A stretch of 63,933 bases of DNA, filler included, from Octopus bimaculoides (GCF_001194135.2; 8 parts of 5 records of this genome joined end to end with filler, not necessarily neighbours in it), one strand, 5' to 3'. Counted from the whole stretch's first letter, positions 23,446 to 36,990 are shown. A program made the numbers and translations. Notes: generated by a model from the letters alone, not told the origin.

Positions 23446-23787
23446 CATGACAATCAGTCNNNNNNNNNNAGGTATGTCAGAAGAAAGTAATTCAACAACG
23501 CCGGTTGATGAACCGTAAGACGTGTGGCCAGACCCTCCTGGAAAATAACCATATTGAGGGACATTCCACAGTTGAATTAGAACAGTCACAAACAGTGAAA
23601 GAAGACATGCACCCAACACCAGAGCTGAAGACACCTCCGAAAGGGGGTGACCCCACCACGTCAAAACGGTAGACGAGTAGGGGCCGAAACCGGACGTGGT
23701 TCCTCCTGATGATGTCTTGAGCAAACTGGATCCTATAAAGGAGCCCTTGTGGTAGCAGACCACGAAACATGGTTGAAATTCCCCGCA

Positions 23788-23943
23788 CAGGTTTGGCTGT
23801 GTGGTAAGCAGTTTGCTTCCCAACCACGTGGTTCTGAGTTCAGTCCCACTGTGTGGTACCTTGAGGAAGTGTCTCCTACTATTGACTTGGACCGACCAAA
23901 GCCCTGTGATTGCATTTAGCAGACAAAAACTGAAAGAAGCCTG

Positions 23944-23977
<34 letters not shown>

Positions 23978-25280
23978 CGTTGACCACTAACGTGGACATT
24001 CAATGTGCTAGAAATAGATCACATCTTGTGTCTATGAAGACCTAAATCGTTCTCAAAATGAAATTTAGCGGAATACCAAAGCGTAAGCGGGCAAGACATT
24101 TAAAATTACCGAAAAAAATCATTATTAAACAGGGTTTCAAAATTAACAAATTTACCGACTGTCTGTTTCTCTTCAGCCTGATTCGTAATGTAACCAAAAT
24201 CCACAGAACCCTATACAAAGTTAGGCTGAAGAGAAACAGACAGTCGGTAAGATTGTTAATTTTNNNNNNNNNNNNNNNNNNNNNNNNNNNNNNNNNNNNN
24301 NNNNNNNNNNNNNNNNNNNNNNNNNNNNNNNNNNNNNNNNNNNNNNNNNNNNNNNNNNNNNNNNNNNNNNNNNNNNNNNNNNNNNNNNNNNNNNNNNNNN
24401 NNNNNNNNNNNNNNNNNNNNNNNNNNNNNNNNNNNNNNNNNNNNNNNNNNNNNNNNNNNNNNNNNNNNNNNNNNNNNNNNNNNNNNNNNNNNNNNNNNNN
24501 NNNNNNNNNNNNNNNNNNNNNNNNNNNNNNNNNNNNNNNNNNNNNNNNNNNNNNNNNNNNNNNNNNNNNNNNNNNNNNNNNNNNNNNNNNNNNNNNNNNN
24601 NNNNNNNNNNNNNNNNNNNNNNNNNNNNNNNNNNNNNNNNNNNNNNNNNNNNNNNNNNNNNNNNNNNNNNNNNNNNNNNNNNNNNNNNNNNNNNNNNNNN
24701 NNNNNNNNNNNNNNNNNNNNNNNNNNNNNNNNNNNNNNNNNNNNNNNNNNNNNNNNNNNNNNNNNNNNNNNNNNNNNNNNNNNNNNNNNNNNNNNNNNNN
24801 NNNNNNNNNNNNNNNNNNNNNNNNNNNNNNNNNNNNNNNNNNNNNNNNNNNNNNNNNNNNNNNNNNNNNNNNNNNNNNNNNNNNNNNNNNNNNNNNNNNN
24901 NNNNNNNNNNNNNNNNNNNNNNNNNNNNNNNNNNNNNNNNNNNNNNNNNNNNNNNNNNNNNNNNNNNNNNNNNNNNNNNNNNNNNNNNNNNNNNNNNNNN
25001 NNNNNNNNNNNNNNNNNNNNNNNNNNNNNNNNNNNNNNNNNNNNNNNNNNNNNNNNNNNNNNNNNNNNNNNNNNNNNNNNNNNNNNNNNNNNNNNNNNNN
25101 NCCACCACTGCTTGACAACCGGCTTTGGTGTGTTTATATCACACGTTTCGGCCAAAAAACACCGATAGAATTAGCAATAGACTTAACAAAAATTAAATAC
25201 TGGGGTCGATTCATTCGGCTAAAGAAAAAAAAAAATTCTTCTTAGTCGTGCCCCGGTTTAATGAAACAGGTAAAAGATAA
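23788..25280 (+). mobile_element. Family B SINE split by a foreign segment and an N gap (5' half 23788-23975, 3' half 25102-25280)
   Basis: Head gcacaggtttggctgtgtggtaagcag...; tail ccaccactgcttgacaacc...gatagaattag...tggggtcgattc. Confidence 0.7.
24139..24263. repeat. Near-perfect 41-bp inverted repeat with 43-nt spacer
   Basis: aaaattaacaaatttaccgactgtctgtttctcttcagcct / aggctgaagagaaacagacagtcggtaagattgttaatttt; 2 mismatches; abuts a gap. Confidence 0.9.
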
Positions 25281-26551
25281 CAGTTCTACATATTCCAGTT
25301 TAAGACGTTTTTTGGGGGTTTTTTTTCTGCACAGGAGTCAAATTTCCAACGCACTAACAGTCATATAAGCGAACAACAGTTCCTTCTGTTCACCCCTCTG
25401 ACTGAAGAGGAACAATGGTTAGTTCCTCTTAGTTTGTGTCTTACAGATAGATGGATTTTTAAAACGTGTCCCAGAGACTCGATTCGTGGATTCGTAAGTG
25501 TAACATACCTATAACCGTGGTCAACATTTGTCATTGAGTTTTTCTTTATGCGTCTATGTCTTTTTCACATGTACGTGTTTATGGAAACTATTTATGAGTG
25601 ATAGCAACTTATAAAAATATTATCTCTCTCACACTCTCTTTCTTTGCTATATGATCTACTATTTATATCAGGATATATATTATTTTGAGTATTGAATGTA
25701 TACATTCATCCCGAAATCGCAAGAAAGACATCTTTTATGTTTTTGCATTCTGTTAATAAATGAAAAGAACACTCCATGATTATTTATTAATAACAAAGTT
25801 ATAAATAATTCATTACATTCACGCATAAGTATGGGAAATTGAGCGAATCAACACCTTCCTTTACATCTAAATCATATGGAGAGAAAAAAACCCAACGCCT
25901 TGCTAGATGTCTGCCTACTATATATACATATATATATATACATATATATNNNNNNNNNNNNNNNNNNNNNNNNNNNNNNNNNNNNNNNNNNNNNNNNNNN
26001 NNNNNNNNNNNNNNNNNNNNNNNNNNNNNNNNNNNNNNNNNNNNNNNNNNNNNNNNNNNNNNNNNNNNNNNNNNNNNNNNNNNNNNNNNNNNNNNNNNNN
26101 NNNNNNNNNNNNNNNNNNNNNNNNNNNNNNNNNNNNNNNNNNNNNNNNNNNNNNNNNNNNNNNNNNNNNNNNNNNNNNNNNNNNNNNNNNNNNNNNNNNN
26201 NNNNNNNNNNNNNNNNNNNNNNNNNNNNNNNNNNNNNNNNNNNNNNNNNNNNNNNNNNNNNNNNNNNNNNNNNNNNNNNNNNNNNNNNNNNNNNNNNNNN
26301 NNNNNNNNNNNNNNNNNNNNNNNNNNNNNNNNNNNNNNNNNNNNNNNNNNNNNNNNNNNNNNNNNNNNNNNNNNNNNNNNNNNNNNNNNNNNNNNNNNNN
26401 NNNNNNNNNNNNNNNNNNNNNNNNNNNNNNNNNNNNNNNNNNNNNNNNNNNNNNNNNNNNNNNNNNNNNNNNNNNNNNNNNNNNNNNNNNNNNNNNNNNN
26501 NNNNNNNNNNNNNNNNNNNNNNNNNNNNNNNNNNNNNNNNNNNNNNNNNNN

Positions 26552-26609
<58 letters not shown>

Positions 26610-27159
26610 GTATATATGCGAATATATTTGGAAGTGGTTACACATATACGAGGATACATGTGTGTGTCTGTGTGTATCTGCGTGTGTGGTACAAAAGTAA
26701 AGAGCAGAATGGGAAAATAGTTTTCAGTTTCATAGATTTTATGCTATTTATTACTCTAACGTCTGGCATCACTTATCTATTTATTCGAATTCCACGTTTT
26801 CCATCATTAGAAACGACATGAATTGCGTAATCGATGATATCTTCTCATGAAGTGGATAATATCTCATGACGTGTGCTCAAGTTCAATGATATCTCAGTGA
26901 AAATGAACACCAGATGTTTGGAACCGAGTTAAAAGCTAAAGTGTTGAAAATTAATGAAAAAGAAAGAATCACAGACGCAGTATAACTCAGTAGTAAGAAT
27001 ACTATCAAAAACCGTTAAGATGGATCATTTAGGAAACCATATAATTGCAGAGGGGAGAACAAAAAATGCATCGCGAAGACTAATAGATGATTTGATTACC
27101 GATTTGTATAAAGGAATAAACAGTTTTGCCTTGTCCGGAGTATTCATCTTTGAGGAGAA

Positions 27160-27460
27160 CAAATCAGGTGGAAACATCCTGTCTGGCGATTCACTGGCTT
27201 TCTGAGCAAAGGCTTGTCTATTCAACAAGAAAGTGTCTTTGAGAAATTTCTCTCAGACAAAATATTGGAGCTAGTGCTAAACTATATTTGTAAACATATA
27301 AATTTTATAAACGACGGTATGATAATAAATATTTTAACGAAAGTGCCTCATGTATCTTAATGAGATGGGTGGACCTGGTGTTCGGTAACAACATCATGAC
27401 TATTAGGGTGAAAGTGTCTGAATTGCAGTTTTACGTTACCAAGTTCCCCGATACCAGATT
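27160..27460 (+). pseudogene. Possible highly degraded piggyBac-type transposase N-terminal fragment
   Basis: QIRWKHPVWRFTGF...SVFEKFLSDKILELVLNY resembles the F..F..DE....IV..TN segment, and HHDY*G lies downstream. Weak. Confidence 0.3.
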
Positions 27461-28020
27461 TGTATCTTTGTGTATATAACATTGCATCTATATGGCTAAA
27501 TCAAGGCTTGACCACGTGAAAACTTACAAGTAAACATGTCTTAATAACAGCTCTAACACTTGGGTATTTGATTTCCGTACTTTTTCCTGTAAACGAAACC
27601 ACCAAAGATATTTGTAGAAGGGAAAATTATCAACATTGAATTATGATGTGAATTGTTCTGCAAGTCGAATTCCATGTCACTACGAAACTGATCTCTCTCT
27701 CTGTCTTTATCTGCCTATCTGTCTGTTTTTCTCTCTCTCTCCCACCTTTCTCTCTCCCTCTATTTCTTTCTCACACACACTCTATAAGTACCCTGTTATG
27801 TATGTGTGTATGTGTATATATATAACCAAAACTGTCCGACGAACGGCAACGTGAAACTCTGAGTAANNNNNNNNNNNNNNNNNNNNNNNNNNNNNNNNNN
27901 NNNNNNNNNNNNNNNNNNNNNNNNNNNNNNNNNNNNNNNNNNNNNNNNNNNNNNNNNNNNNNNNNNNNNNNNNNNNNNNNNNNNNNNNNNNNNNNNNNNN
28001 NNNNNNNNNNNNNNNNNNNN

Positions 28021-28057
<37 letters not shown>

Positions 28058-28361
28058 GTATATATATATAACCAAAACTGTCCGACGAACGGCAACGTGA
28101 AACTCTGAGTAACATTTCTTGTGATGTCTTTGCAACTTTATTCATAAGGTATATATATGTATGTGTATATGTATGCATTCATTTATGCATTCATTTATGT
28201 ATAGATGCATGTGTAAACAGCCGTCTATCTCTGTATCTGTGTATATGTATGTATGTATCAAAGTAATATCTGTTTTACAACTATTTATGACATAAATACA
28301 TAATATGTACATACATACATATATATATATTTATATACACACCCGTACAAACATACTTATA

Positions 28362-29170
28362 CAGAAGCCAGGCTCTAGCAGCCAATGGACACCTTTTCAA
28401 GGACACATTGATATCGAGTGGACTGCCTAAAAGGAACTGTTTTGGGGCTGCTGCAATGTTGTGGCGTCCCACTCAGATACCCCATCAGGTAGCCAATCCT
28501 CCTAGCTATACCGACGACACAAAAAGAACACAAGCAGTCAAGTACCTTCTTAATGCTAATATTCTATTGAGAGACCTAGATACCATATTCGAATGCGCCG
28601 AAGAAATTAATATGCACTGTGTTGCAGGTAAATTCCAGGCCGTCCACCATCAGACAGTATGTGCTAAGACAACGTAAGAAAGATACTTCGAACTGACAGG
28701 AGCAACAGCGCTTGTGATTAAACGCAGTGCGTGACCTGGGAATTCATATAAGTAACGATGTTTCGTTTCATGTATATATCACCAAGATGATGGTGATGTG
28801 TAGACGAACGGTTCGATTGATTTTGAGAACTTTTAAAACAAGGAAGAAGGAAACAATCCTGGTATTATGGAGGGCATTTTCCCGCAGCCATCTGGACAAC
28901 ATTCACCTATGGTCACCCAAGTGCATCGATTTTATGGCAAAATTCAAGGAGGTTCAGTAGCGATATACAAAGAAGAATGCATCAGTGAAACACATGAGTA
29001 ACTGAAACAGACTGAAAGAATTACCGTCCTACTCACTGGAGTGAATATAGAAGAGATATGCTGTGATATACATACGGAAGGTTGGAGAGGAGCTGGCATG
29101 AAATTGTAACATCGAGAGTTGTACCAGCACGCCACTGCACTGCATCAAAGTCTCACCTATTCTGGATCAT
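28362..29170 (+). mobile_element. CR1/L2-group LINE relic (RT C-terminal half)
   Basis: ANG...SSGLPK(GTV)LG, SYTDDTK, LLRDLDTIFECAEEINM..GKFQ, VRDLGIHISNDVSFHVYI, LILRTFKTR, SHLDNIHLWSP, EVQ*RYTK. Motif order intact, with frameshifts. Confidence 0.85.
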
Positions 29171-29349
29171 GTACTGCAATAGCTTGGTCTTCAAAGGCTC
29201 ACAGCTTTTGATGTCTTGCAAAAAAAAAAGAAAAAAAAAAGTGCGAGATGTACATTTACTGGGTGGAGTGTAGATATTTTAAAGAAGGATCGCACACACA
29301 CACACACACAGACACGCGCGCGCGTATATATATACATACACATACACGC

Positions 29350-29399
<50 letters not shown>

Positions 29400-30480
29400 G
29401 TATATATATAAATATATATATGTGTGTGTGTGTGGTGTATGTGTGTCTGTCTGTCTGTCTGTGTGTGTATTATGATGTACATAGGAAATGGTAGTTTTAA
29501 ATTAGGTTACTTTTATGTTCAAACTTGTTATTTTCTTTTGGACTGTACAATTATTTTACTGCGGTCTCGTAAACCATTTAGTCTTCTAGAATTATACGTA
29601 CCTGTTTACCATGATTATATTCCGTTACAACAGACATATTTTCAAAACCTTATTAGGTAAAACCACTGCGTATATCCAGAACTCAATTTATTACTCTGTC
29701 CTTTGTACTTTCCTTTTGAAAATAAGAGAGTGATTTCAAAGACAGAAATGACTACTATTTCTAACAAGACCTACGACAGCACAGATACACCACCATTTCA
29801 TTTTTTTTTAGGACATTCATGCTAGTGATGATCCTGAAAGGGGTAGGCATCTAATCAAAGACAATCCGATCATAACTGTCCCCTCTTGTAGGAAATGTAC
29901 TGTATGCATGAATAAATTATCTAATATAAAATTGCCCTTTTGGAGGTAACTTGTGAACCCGGAGGTACCTCGAGGAAATGTAGGTTTTATTTGTAGCAGG
30001 TTCATCAATAGAATACAGGTACTATCCGTGGAATGCTCGTTAGGTCTATATTATAATACAGGTGTAAGATGGTGCAAGTCATTTATCATATATTAGTTAT
30101 ATTTTACTGATTTGAAATCTATTCGAAATCGACATGCTTTCGAATTTGATAAAAGGAAAGATCAGTCAAATACTAGGATACATCCAATTCTTCACAAATG
30201 TATATTCTTCTGCCAGTCTTAGAAATCAATATTGAATTTGGGAGCGTTATGAAGAGTGCTGGGGAAGAAATATGAGCTGTGTTTTAAGAAGACACTTTGG
30301 TTACCAGGTTTGTGAATTTCGAAATTGTGAATGACAGCAATGAATGTTGTCTGTGTAACTTTCCCTGCTGAAATAACATGCTTAACACACCCCCATTCAA
30401 TATATCAATAACGCGGAAATTTATGACAGGTAGGTGGAGGGGAGGTCAATGGCGGGGTGGCTATTGAAACAGCAAGGATA

Positions 30481-30494
<14 letters not shown>

Positions 30495-30519
<25 letters not shown>

Positions 30520-30597
30520 AATACTTATATATAGATAGGTGTAGATATAGACACTATCTTTATATCTATATACAATTTATATATGTATATTATATAT

Positions 30598-30672
<75 letters not shown>

Positions 30673-30711
30673 TCATCATCACCGTTAGTCCACTTCATCA
30701 CATCATCATCA

Positions 30712-30756
<45 letters not shown>

Positions 30757-30888
30757 AATGTATACTAATGCCATTATACGGAAGCTGTAAAAAATAAGAG
30801 CAACAACTAAGAGGAGAGGAAGTAGATGAAAAGGAGAAGAAGGTGAGAGAAGAGAAAGGAAAGCGAAGAAGAAGAAGAAGAAGAAGAA

Positions 30889-30935
<47 letters not shown>

Positions 30936-30975
30936 AGAAGGAGGAGGAGGAGGAGGAGGAGGAGAAGAAGAAGAA
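30495..30975 (+). repeat. Compound microsatellites (TG, CTA, CAT, GAA, GGA)
   Basis: Visible directly. Confidence 0.9.
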
Positions 30976-31744
30976 TAGGAGGAATGAGAGCGTTTGAAGA
31001 AAAAAATAAAAAGAAGCAGAGAGAAAATTAACTGTATTAGGTTTATAAAGAGGATCTTAAAGGAAATCTAAGGTAAGAAGAGAAGTTCAGTTGCCGGAAG
31101 GGAGAGAAAAGGAGAGAGAGAGAGAAAGACAGTGAGAGAGAAATGTGAAAGAGTATATGTGAGAAAGGAAAGAAATGAAAATCTCTTAGGAAGGTAACGA
31201 GAGAAAAAATAATGAGAGGAGAGGGGAAATGAGAGAGAGTGAGAGAGAGAGAGAGAAAGACACAGAGAGAGAAATGTAGAAGGATTGAACCTTTAGATTC
31301 ATTTGTTTAAAGCTAATGAGAAAGAAACAGTTATAGGAGGACTAAAGAAAGTGTAAATGAAGGTAGGAAGATAGAGAGGTAAGACGTAATAATGTTGCAG
31401 TCAATATAAAAATAGTGCAACAAAAATACAAATAAAGAAAGAAGTGAAAGAATTAAAGATAAAATCAGAAAATGGAAAGAGAAAAAAATCTGAAAAAGTA
31501 AAACGAAGAAAAAAAAACAACAAAAAAACTAATGGATGCAAAATGTCCACCCCACCCCATTACTAAAAATTATAACACCAAAAACAGAAAAACAAACATA
31601 AATAAGATATGCAACAATTACGAAAGCAATATTAATAATAATCTTTGTTTAACAAAAATCAAATCTCAAATGAGAAATTAAGTGATAACACACGTTCACA
31701 TTCAAGTGTCTAAATATATTTTAGAGATGATGGTGGTAGTTGGC

Positions 31745-31951
31745 CATAATGATGATGATGATGACGATGAGGAGGAGGAGGAGGAGGAGGAGGAGGGGGA
31801 GGTGGGGAGGAGAAGGAATAATAAGGCCGTAGGAGAATCGTTATTTCAATGAAGGTATGAAGAACAATGAAGACAGTAATAGTAGTAACTTTAGCAGCAG
31901 CAGTAATAGTAGTAGCTAGTAGTAGTAGTGGTAGTAGTAGTAGTAGTTGTG

Positions 31952-31982
<31 letters not shown>

Positions 31983-32035
31983 AAGAAGAAGAAGAAGAAG
32001 AAGAAGAAGAAGAAGAAGAAGAAGAAGAAGAAGAA
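31745..32035 (+). repeat. Compound microsatellites (GAT/GAG, GTA, GAA)
   Basis: Visible directly. Confidence 0.9.
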
Positions 32036-32149
32036 AAGCAACAAACTAATGAGAAAAAGAACAAGAAATAGCAAAAAGAAGAAAGGAAACAAATACGAAG
32101 AAAAATAGAAAATACAGAAGATGTGATGGAGAATACTGACGATGATGAT

Positions 32150-32275
32150 GATTTCAATTTTTGACACAAGGCCAGCAATTTCGGATTGGGGTGTAAGTCG
32201 ATTGCATCGATCCAAGTACTCAACTGGTACTTATATTATTCACTCCGAATGGTTGAAAGGCAAAGTTACATCAAA
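32150..32275 (-). mobile_element. Family C SINE 3' part
   Basis: atttcaatttttgacacaaggccagcaatttc...gtcgattgcatcgatccaagtactcaactggtact...ttgaaggcaaagt. Confidence 0.75.
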
Positions 32276-32343
32276 ATATCTACGACCTCAATGCGGTATG
32301 GGGGGGGGGAGCAGTAAGGCAGATATTCCTCTTCAATTAACAT

Positions 32344-33045
32344 AATTTTTTTAAACTAAACACTTTCAAATTTCTAATACTGGTAGAATATGTCACATAG
32401 AACAGAACTTATTCTTAACGTTTTTGACAAAATTTTGTATTTTAGAAGCGGTATTTCGTCTGTCTTTACGTTGTGAGTTCAAATTCCGCTGAGGTTGACT
32501 TTGCCTTTCATCCANNNNNNNNNNNNNNNNNNNNNNNNNNNNNNNNNNNNNNNNNNNNNNNNNNNNNNNNNNGAATATAATTCTAAAATGAATTTCTTCT
32601 TTCCAAGGCGGTGAGCTGGCAGAAAAGTTAGCACGCCGGACGAAATGCTTAGCGATAATTCGTCTTTCTTTACGTTTTGAATTCAAACTTCGCCGAGGTC
32701 GACTTTGGCGTACATATAATGTAATTAATTTTTTTAAACTAAACACTTTCAAATTTCTAATACTGGTAGAATATGTCACATAGAACAGAACTTATTCTTA
32801 ACGTTTTTGACAAAATTTTGTATTTTAGAAGCGGTATTTCGTCTGTCTTTACGTTGTGAGTTCAAATTCCGCTGAGGTTGACTTTGCCTTTCATCCATTT
32901 CGGATCTATTCAATTAGACGAACAGATTATTTAATTAATTTTTTTAACTAAAAATGTTCAAACTTCCGATACTGGTAGAATGCGTTACATAGAACAGGGT
33001 TTACTCTAAACGTTCTTGACAAAATTTTGTATTTTAGAAGTTATT
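32344..33045 (+). repeat. Local duplication: 32344-32514 identical to 32728-32897 across a gap; diverged third copy at about 32935-33045; includes family C SINE pieces
   Basis: Direct comparison of the sequences. Confidence 0.85.
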
Positions 33046-33691
33046 CTGTCAGAAGTTACAGAGTGACACTGGACAAACTGGTGTTTGATAAGTGCCAGTA
33101 TACGAAACTCTCAGCTTTTGACTTGCTCTCTAATTTCTGCTGAATGTATGTATACATATTACATATATATGTAAAATAATCTGATCACGCTATCAAACCA
33201 ATGAAAGAGCTTCTACCTTTAATTTTTTGCGTGGAATCAAATACCTTGACCTTCTAATATGCTGCAAATCCCTTATTTTCGTTCGGAAAAAATGAGGTGG
33301 GGGGTTCCCCCCAATCCCGGAACCATTAGAAAATTTTCTTTTTCGTTGAATGAATTCCTGTGGCCTCCTAATAGTGCAATATTAGGTTACTTAGTGGTAA
33401 CTGATGGCTTTGGATCTTATTGTTTGTAACTTTTGGTGAGCCATGGTGCAACCAAGAACATGGTAAAAAGCCATGCCATTAATTCGGTGTGGATGGGTAA
33501 TATCAGATAATTTAATCAGAACATATTTAAATTAGACAAGAAAAAAATTGAAATATTATCATCATTTACATGAAAAAAATGAAATATATTTAAATTCAAC
33601 ATGAAGAAAATTGAAATATTATTTTTCAGTATTTTATAAGTTAAAATCTTAAAATATTAATTGACACATTATTAATTATCTTATAACAGCA

Positions 33692-34235
33692 ATGCCTGGA
33701 AAAATCATGGATTACATGGAAAAAGGCGAGCATGCAAAGTCATATTCTTAAGATTATAAACATGGAGATGTACAGGACAAGTTATTACACCTGGAAAAGT
33801 ATAGGACACACTTTTACTTCTAGTAAAGAATAAGAAACATTTTACTTAAACTATTGCAGCTAAAATTAAAATTTGAATATTAAAACTTATTTTATTATAG
33901 TTTACAAATAACACTATACTTATTTAAGTAGAATTTGGATAATTTACTACCTTTAATACAGAAAAAATGACTAATTAGACGAACTTACAAATTAGCTGAA
34001 CAGTTTTGTACAATAAATTTATAAGATGAGTACTGTAAAGAGTGATAGATAAGAACTGGCATTCTTTGCTGCAATATTTTAAGTAAAACGTTTCTTATTC
34101 TTTACTTTACTAGAAGTAATTGCTTGTCCTATACTTTTACAGGTGTAATACATTGTCCTGTATTTTGCAATGTTTATGATCTTAAGAATATCACTTTCTA
34201 AGCTCGCATTTTTCTATGCAATGATTTTATGGCAT
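33692..34235. mobile_element. MITE-like foldback element with ~170-bp imperfect terminal inverted repeats (33692-33860 / 34068-34235)
   Basis: tacaggacaagttattacacctggaaaagtataggaca...aagaataagaaacattttacttaaactattgcagc is mirrored by gctgcaatattttaagtaaaacgtttcttattctt...tcctatacttttacaggtgtaatacattgtcctgta. Confidence 0.75.
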
Positions 34236-34509
34236 CAATGTGGTAACGAAGAAATGCTTGTGACGGCATGTTGTTTTTGTAGTATTACAGTTAAGTTCGT
34301 AAGTACATGAGGTATGTCGAAGAAAGGTACGCGCAGTTTGTTGTTACGGAAGTTGTGAAATGTTTTTATTGTTTCTGTATAGTTGTTATGGTTGTAAAAT
34401 ATTGTGATGTTACGTTGTTGTTATGGGAATGGAGGAAGAAATCTAAACCTAGCTTTTCTTCATTAAAATCTTACTAGAGTAATGAACACTTGAAAGAAAA
34501 TAATAAGGT

Positions 34510-34935
34510 GCAAAGGAATATATGAACTTACAGTACAAACTGCTGCAAAACATTATAAGAATGAACTTCAAAAAGAACTAGCGTAATGGAATTTTCAACT
34601 GCACTAAATGAAAATTTATAGAAAAGGAATATAGCAATGTACTTAAAGAAGATGGAAACGGAATATACAGAATGCTCCCCAAGAAGATAAACGGAAAAGA
34701 ATGCACTGAAAGAAGAAGAACAGTAAAGGGATAAGGGAATGCCCCGAAGGAAGACGTACAGAAGAAACAAAGAATATAGGAATGCACTTAGAGAAGAAGA
34801 ACGGCAAAAGGAATATGGGAATGCATTGTAATGAGAGCTTTGGCAATGGAATGTAAGAATGACAAAGTGTTATAGTAACGTACAACATGAAGAAATACGG
34901 CAATAAAATTTGGAAATGCACTAAAAGAAGAGTTA
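34510..34935 (+). repeat. Degenerate ~39-bp purine-rich tandem repeat (consensus about AAGGAATATAGGAATGCACTTAAAGAAGAAGAACGGCA)
   Basis: Roughly ten copies of ggaatat..gaatgca.t...gaagaaga. Confidence 0.65.
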
Positions 34936-36524
34936 CAAGTTAAACAGCAACTACTCTAAGAAGTTATAATCGTAACAAAAAAAGTCACAAAATGGAAATT
35001 CAAATTACTGTGATGAACAATAACGATGAAATAGGATTAACTTAAGCACAACGTACTATACGATAATATGCAACCTTGGGATATTATATAGCGAAGAAGA
35101 AGGAAGAACTAACGTAAGTGAGGGAATCTCTACAGGACCATAATTAGAGATGGAATTACTATGTTTCCTATTCAATATATTGACCAGATCTCTCTCAATT
35201 TAAATCCGACTATTTTTAAAGGAAATCAAAACATGGGTAACGTTTTCTTTGACATGTTTCTACTAACTACAGCAGGGTCTGAGTGTTAATAGTTTGTATC
35301 TTACATCTCCCTTAACAGTACTGAACTGGATTTCAACAACAACGAGGACAGACAGTTACGATGCAAGAATCACCATCACTGCCACTAATCGAGTTCTGTT
35401 ATCTGAAAAAACAGATAGGATGGCCAAAGGTGGAACGCTTTGATCAAAAACAATATCAATCACATTTCAATACTGACGTCAGTGGTGGATAGCTACCTGA
35501 TACCGTGATCAGTCAATTAGAGAGGCAGTTTTATATGGTGTGTGAAGTATTATTGAAACATCAAGAGACAAAATGACGTATACGTCTTCGATACTAGTGT
35601 GCTGATTATAAATTATAAAAAACACGCAAGCACACGCACATAAACATGCTAGTATATATGTTTACATTAGTACATACACAACACACACACACACACGTGT
35701 GTGTATATATGTTTATATATATATATATATATATATNNNNNNNNNNNNNNNNNNNNNNNNNNNNNNNNNNNNNNNNNNNNTTAATTAATTAANNNNNNNN
35801 NNNNNNNNNNNNNNNNNNNNNNNNNNNNNNNNNNNNATATATATATATATATATACATATGTACACTTCTGAATTTCTTCACACATCTCAAAACATGAAG
35901 ATTTATAACTAATGCAAGACATTTGAAACACGTACATACTACTATCACGTGACAGCTAAACCTCTGTCTGCCATGCGAATTGTTATCAGTTGAATGAAAG
36001 TCAAACCGTGATCTCCAATGACGATTAGTTCTTGAAAAGTTGTCTTACATAAACAACCATTCATTAATCTTTGAACTCTCTTACAGCTATAAGCTAACAT
36101 TCCTCCTCCTCGTTCACCTCTTCCAAATCCTCCTCCTTCTTACCTCCTCTTTAAAAACACCATAGACATATCGGCTTACATATTACATATATTCCCGTCC
36201 TTGGGCCCTGAACTTCTAATGGAGTCGTAGGGGCGCCATCGTGACATGCGGCGTGTCTTGGGTATTTTAAACGTGACAGTACTCGACCCTCTCCTGTTTT
36301 GAACGCAGTCAATTTCTTCCAAATGCAAAAATTGAAAGGATAGAGAAGAATCGTAAATAGTACTAGGCTGTTTCTTCATTTATGCATCCCAAAAGGGTGT
36401 AGGACAAAGTAGATCTTGGAGGGATTTGAACTCAAAGAGCGCAGAGACCGCGAATGAATAACGCAAGGAAATTTATCCGATGCTCCAGCGACCGTGACAC
36501 TTCGCTTCTTTTTATATAACTTTG

Positions 36525-36940
36525 ACTACGTGGTATGTGGTGAGCAATTTGTTTCCCAGCCCTGTGATTTATGGTTCGGTTCCTTTGCATGGCACCTTGA
36601 GCAAGTGTTTTCTACTGTAGCTCCGAGCCAACCAAAGCCTTGTGAGTGAATTTATTAGACGAAAACTGAAAGAAGCTTGTTGTATATATATATATATATA
36701 TATATAGGTGAGAAAGTTGGTATGTGAATATNNNNNNNNNNNNNNNNNNNNNNNNNNNNNNNNNNNNNNNNNNNNNNNNNNNNNNNNNNNNNNNNNNNNN
36801 NNNNNNNNNNNNNNNNNNNNNNNNNNNNNNNNNNNNNNNNNNNNNNNNNNNNNNNNNNNNNNNNNNNNNNNNNNNNNNNNNNNNNNNNNNNNNNNNNNNN
36901 NNNNNNNNNNNNNNNNNNNNNNNNNNNNNNNNNNNNNNNN

Positions 36941-36990
<50 letters not shown>

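Noticed and set aside
27820-28110. Direct repeat of about 45 bp either side of a gap (also 4497-4600 and 32344-32897)
   Set aside because: Identical sequence flanking N runs is most simply unmerged contig overlap or allelic microsatellite length difference.
29817-30060. Protein-like stretches on the minus strand (for example FIHAYSTFPTRGDSYDRIVFD)
   Set aside because: All frames are interrupted by stops or lack splice signals, and no family was recognised.
36176-36379. GC-richer ORF with a possible donor (AT|gtaagc)
   Set aside because: Two frames are open, there is no recognisable motif and the acceptor is weak. Unresolved rather than supported.
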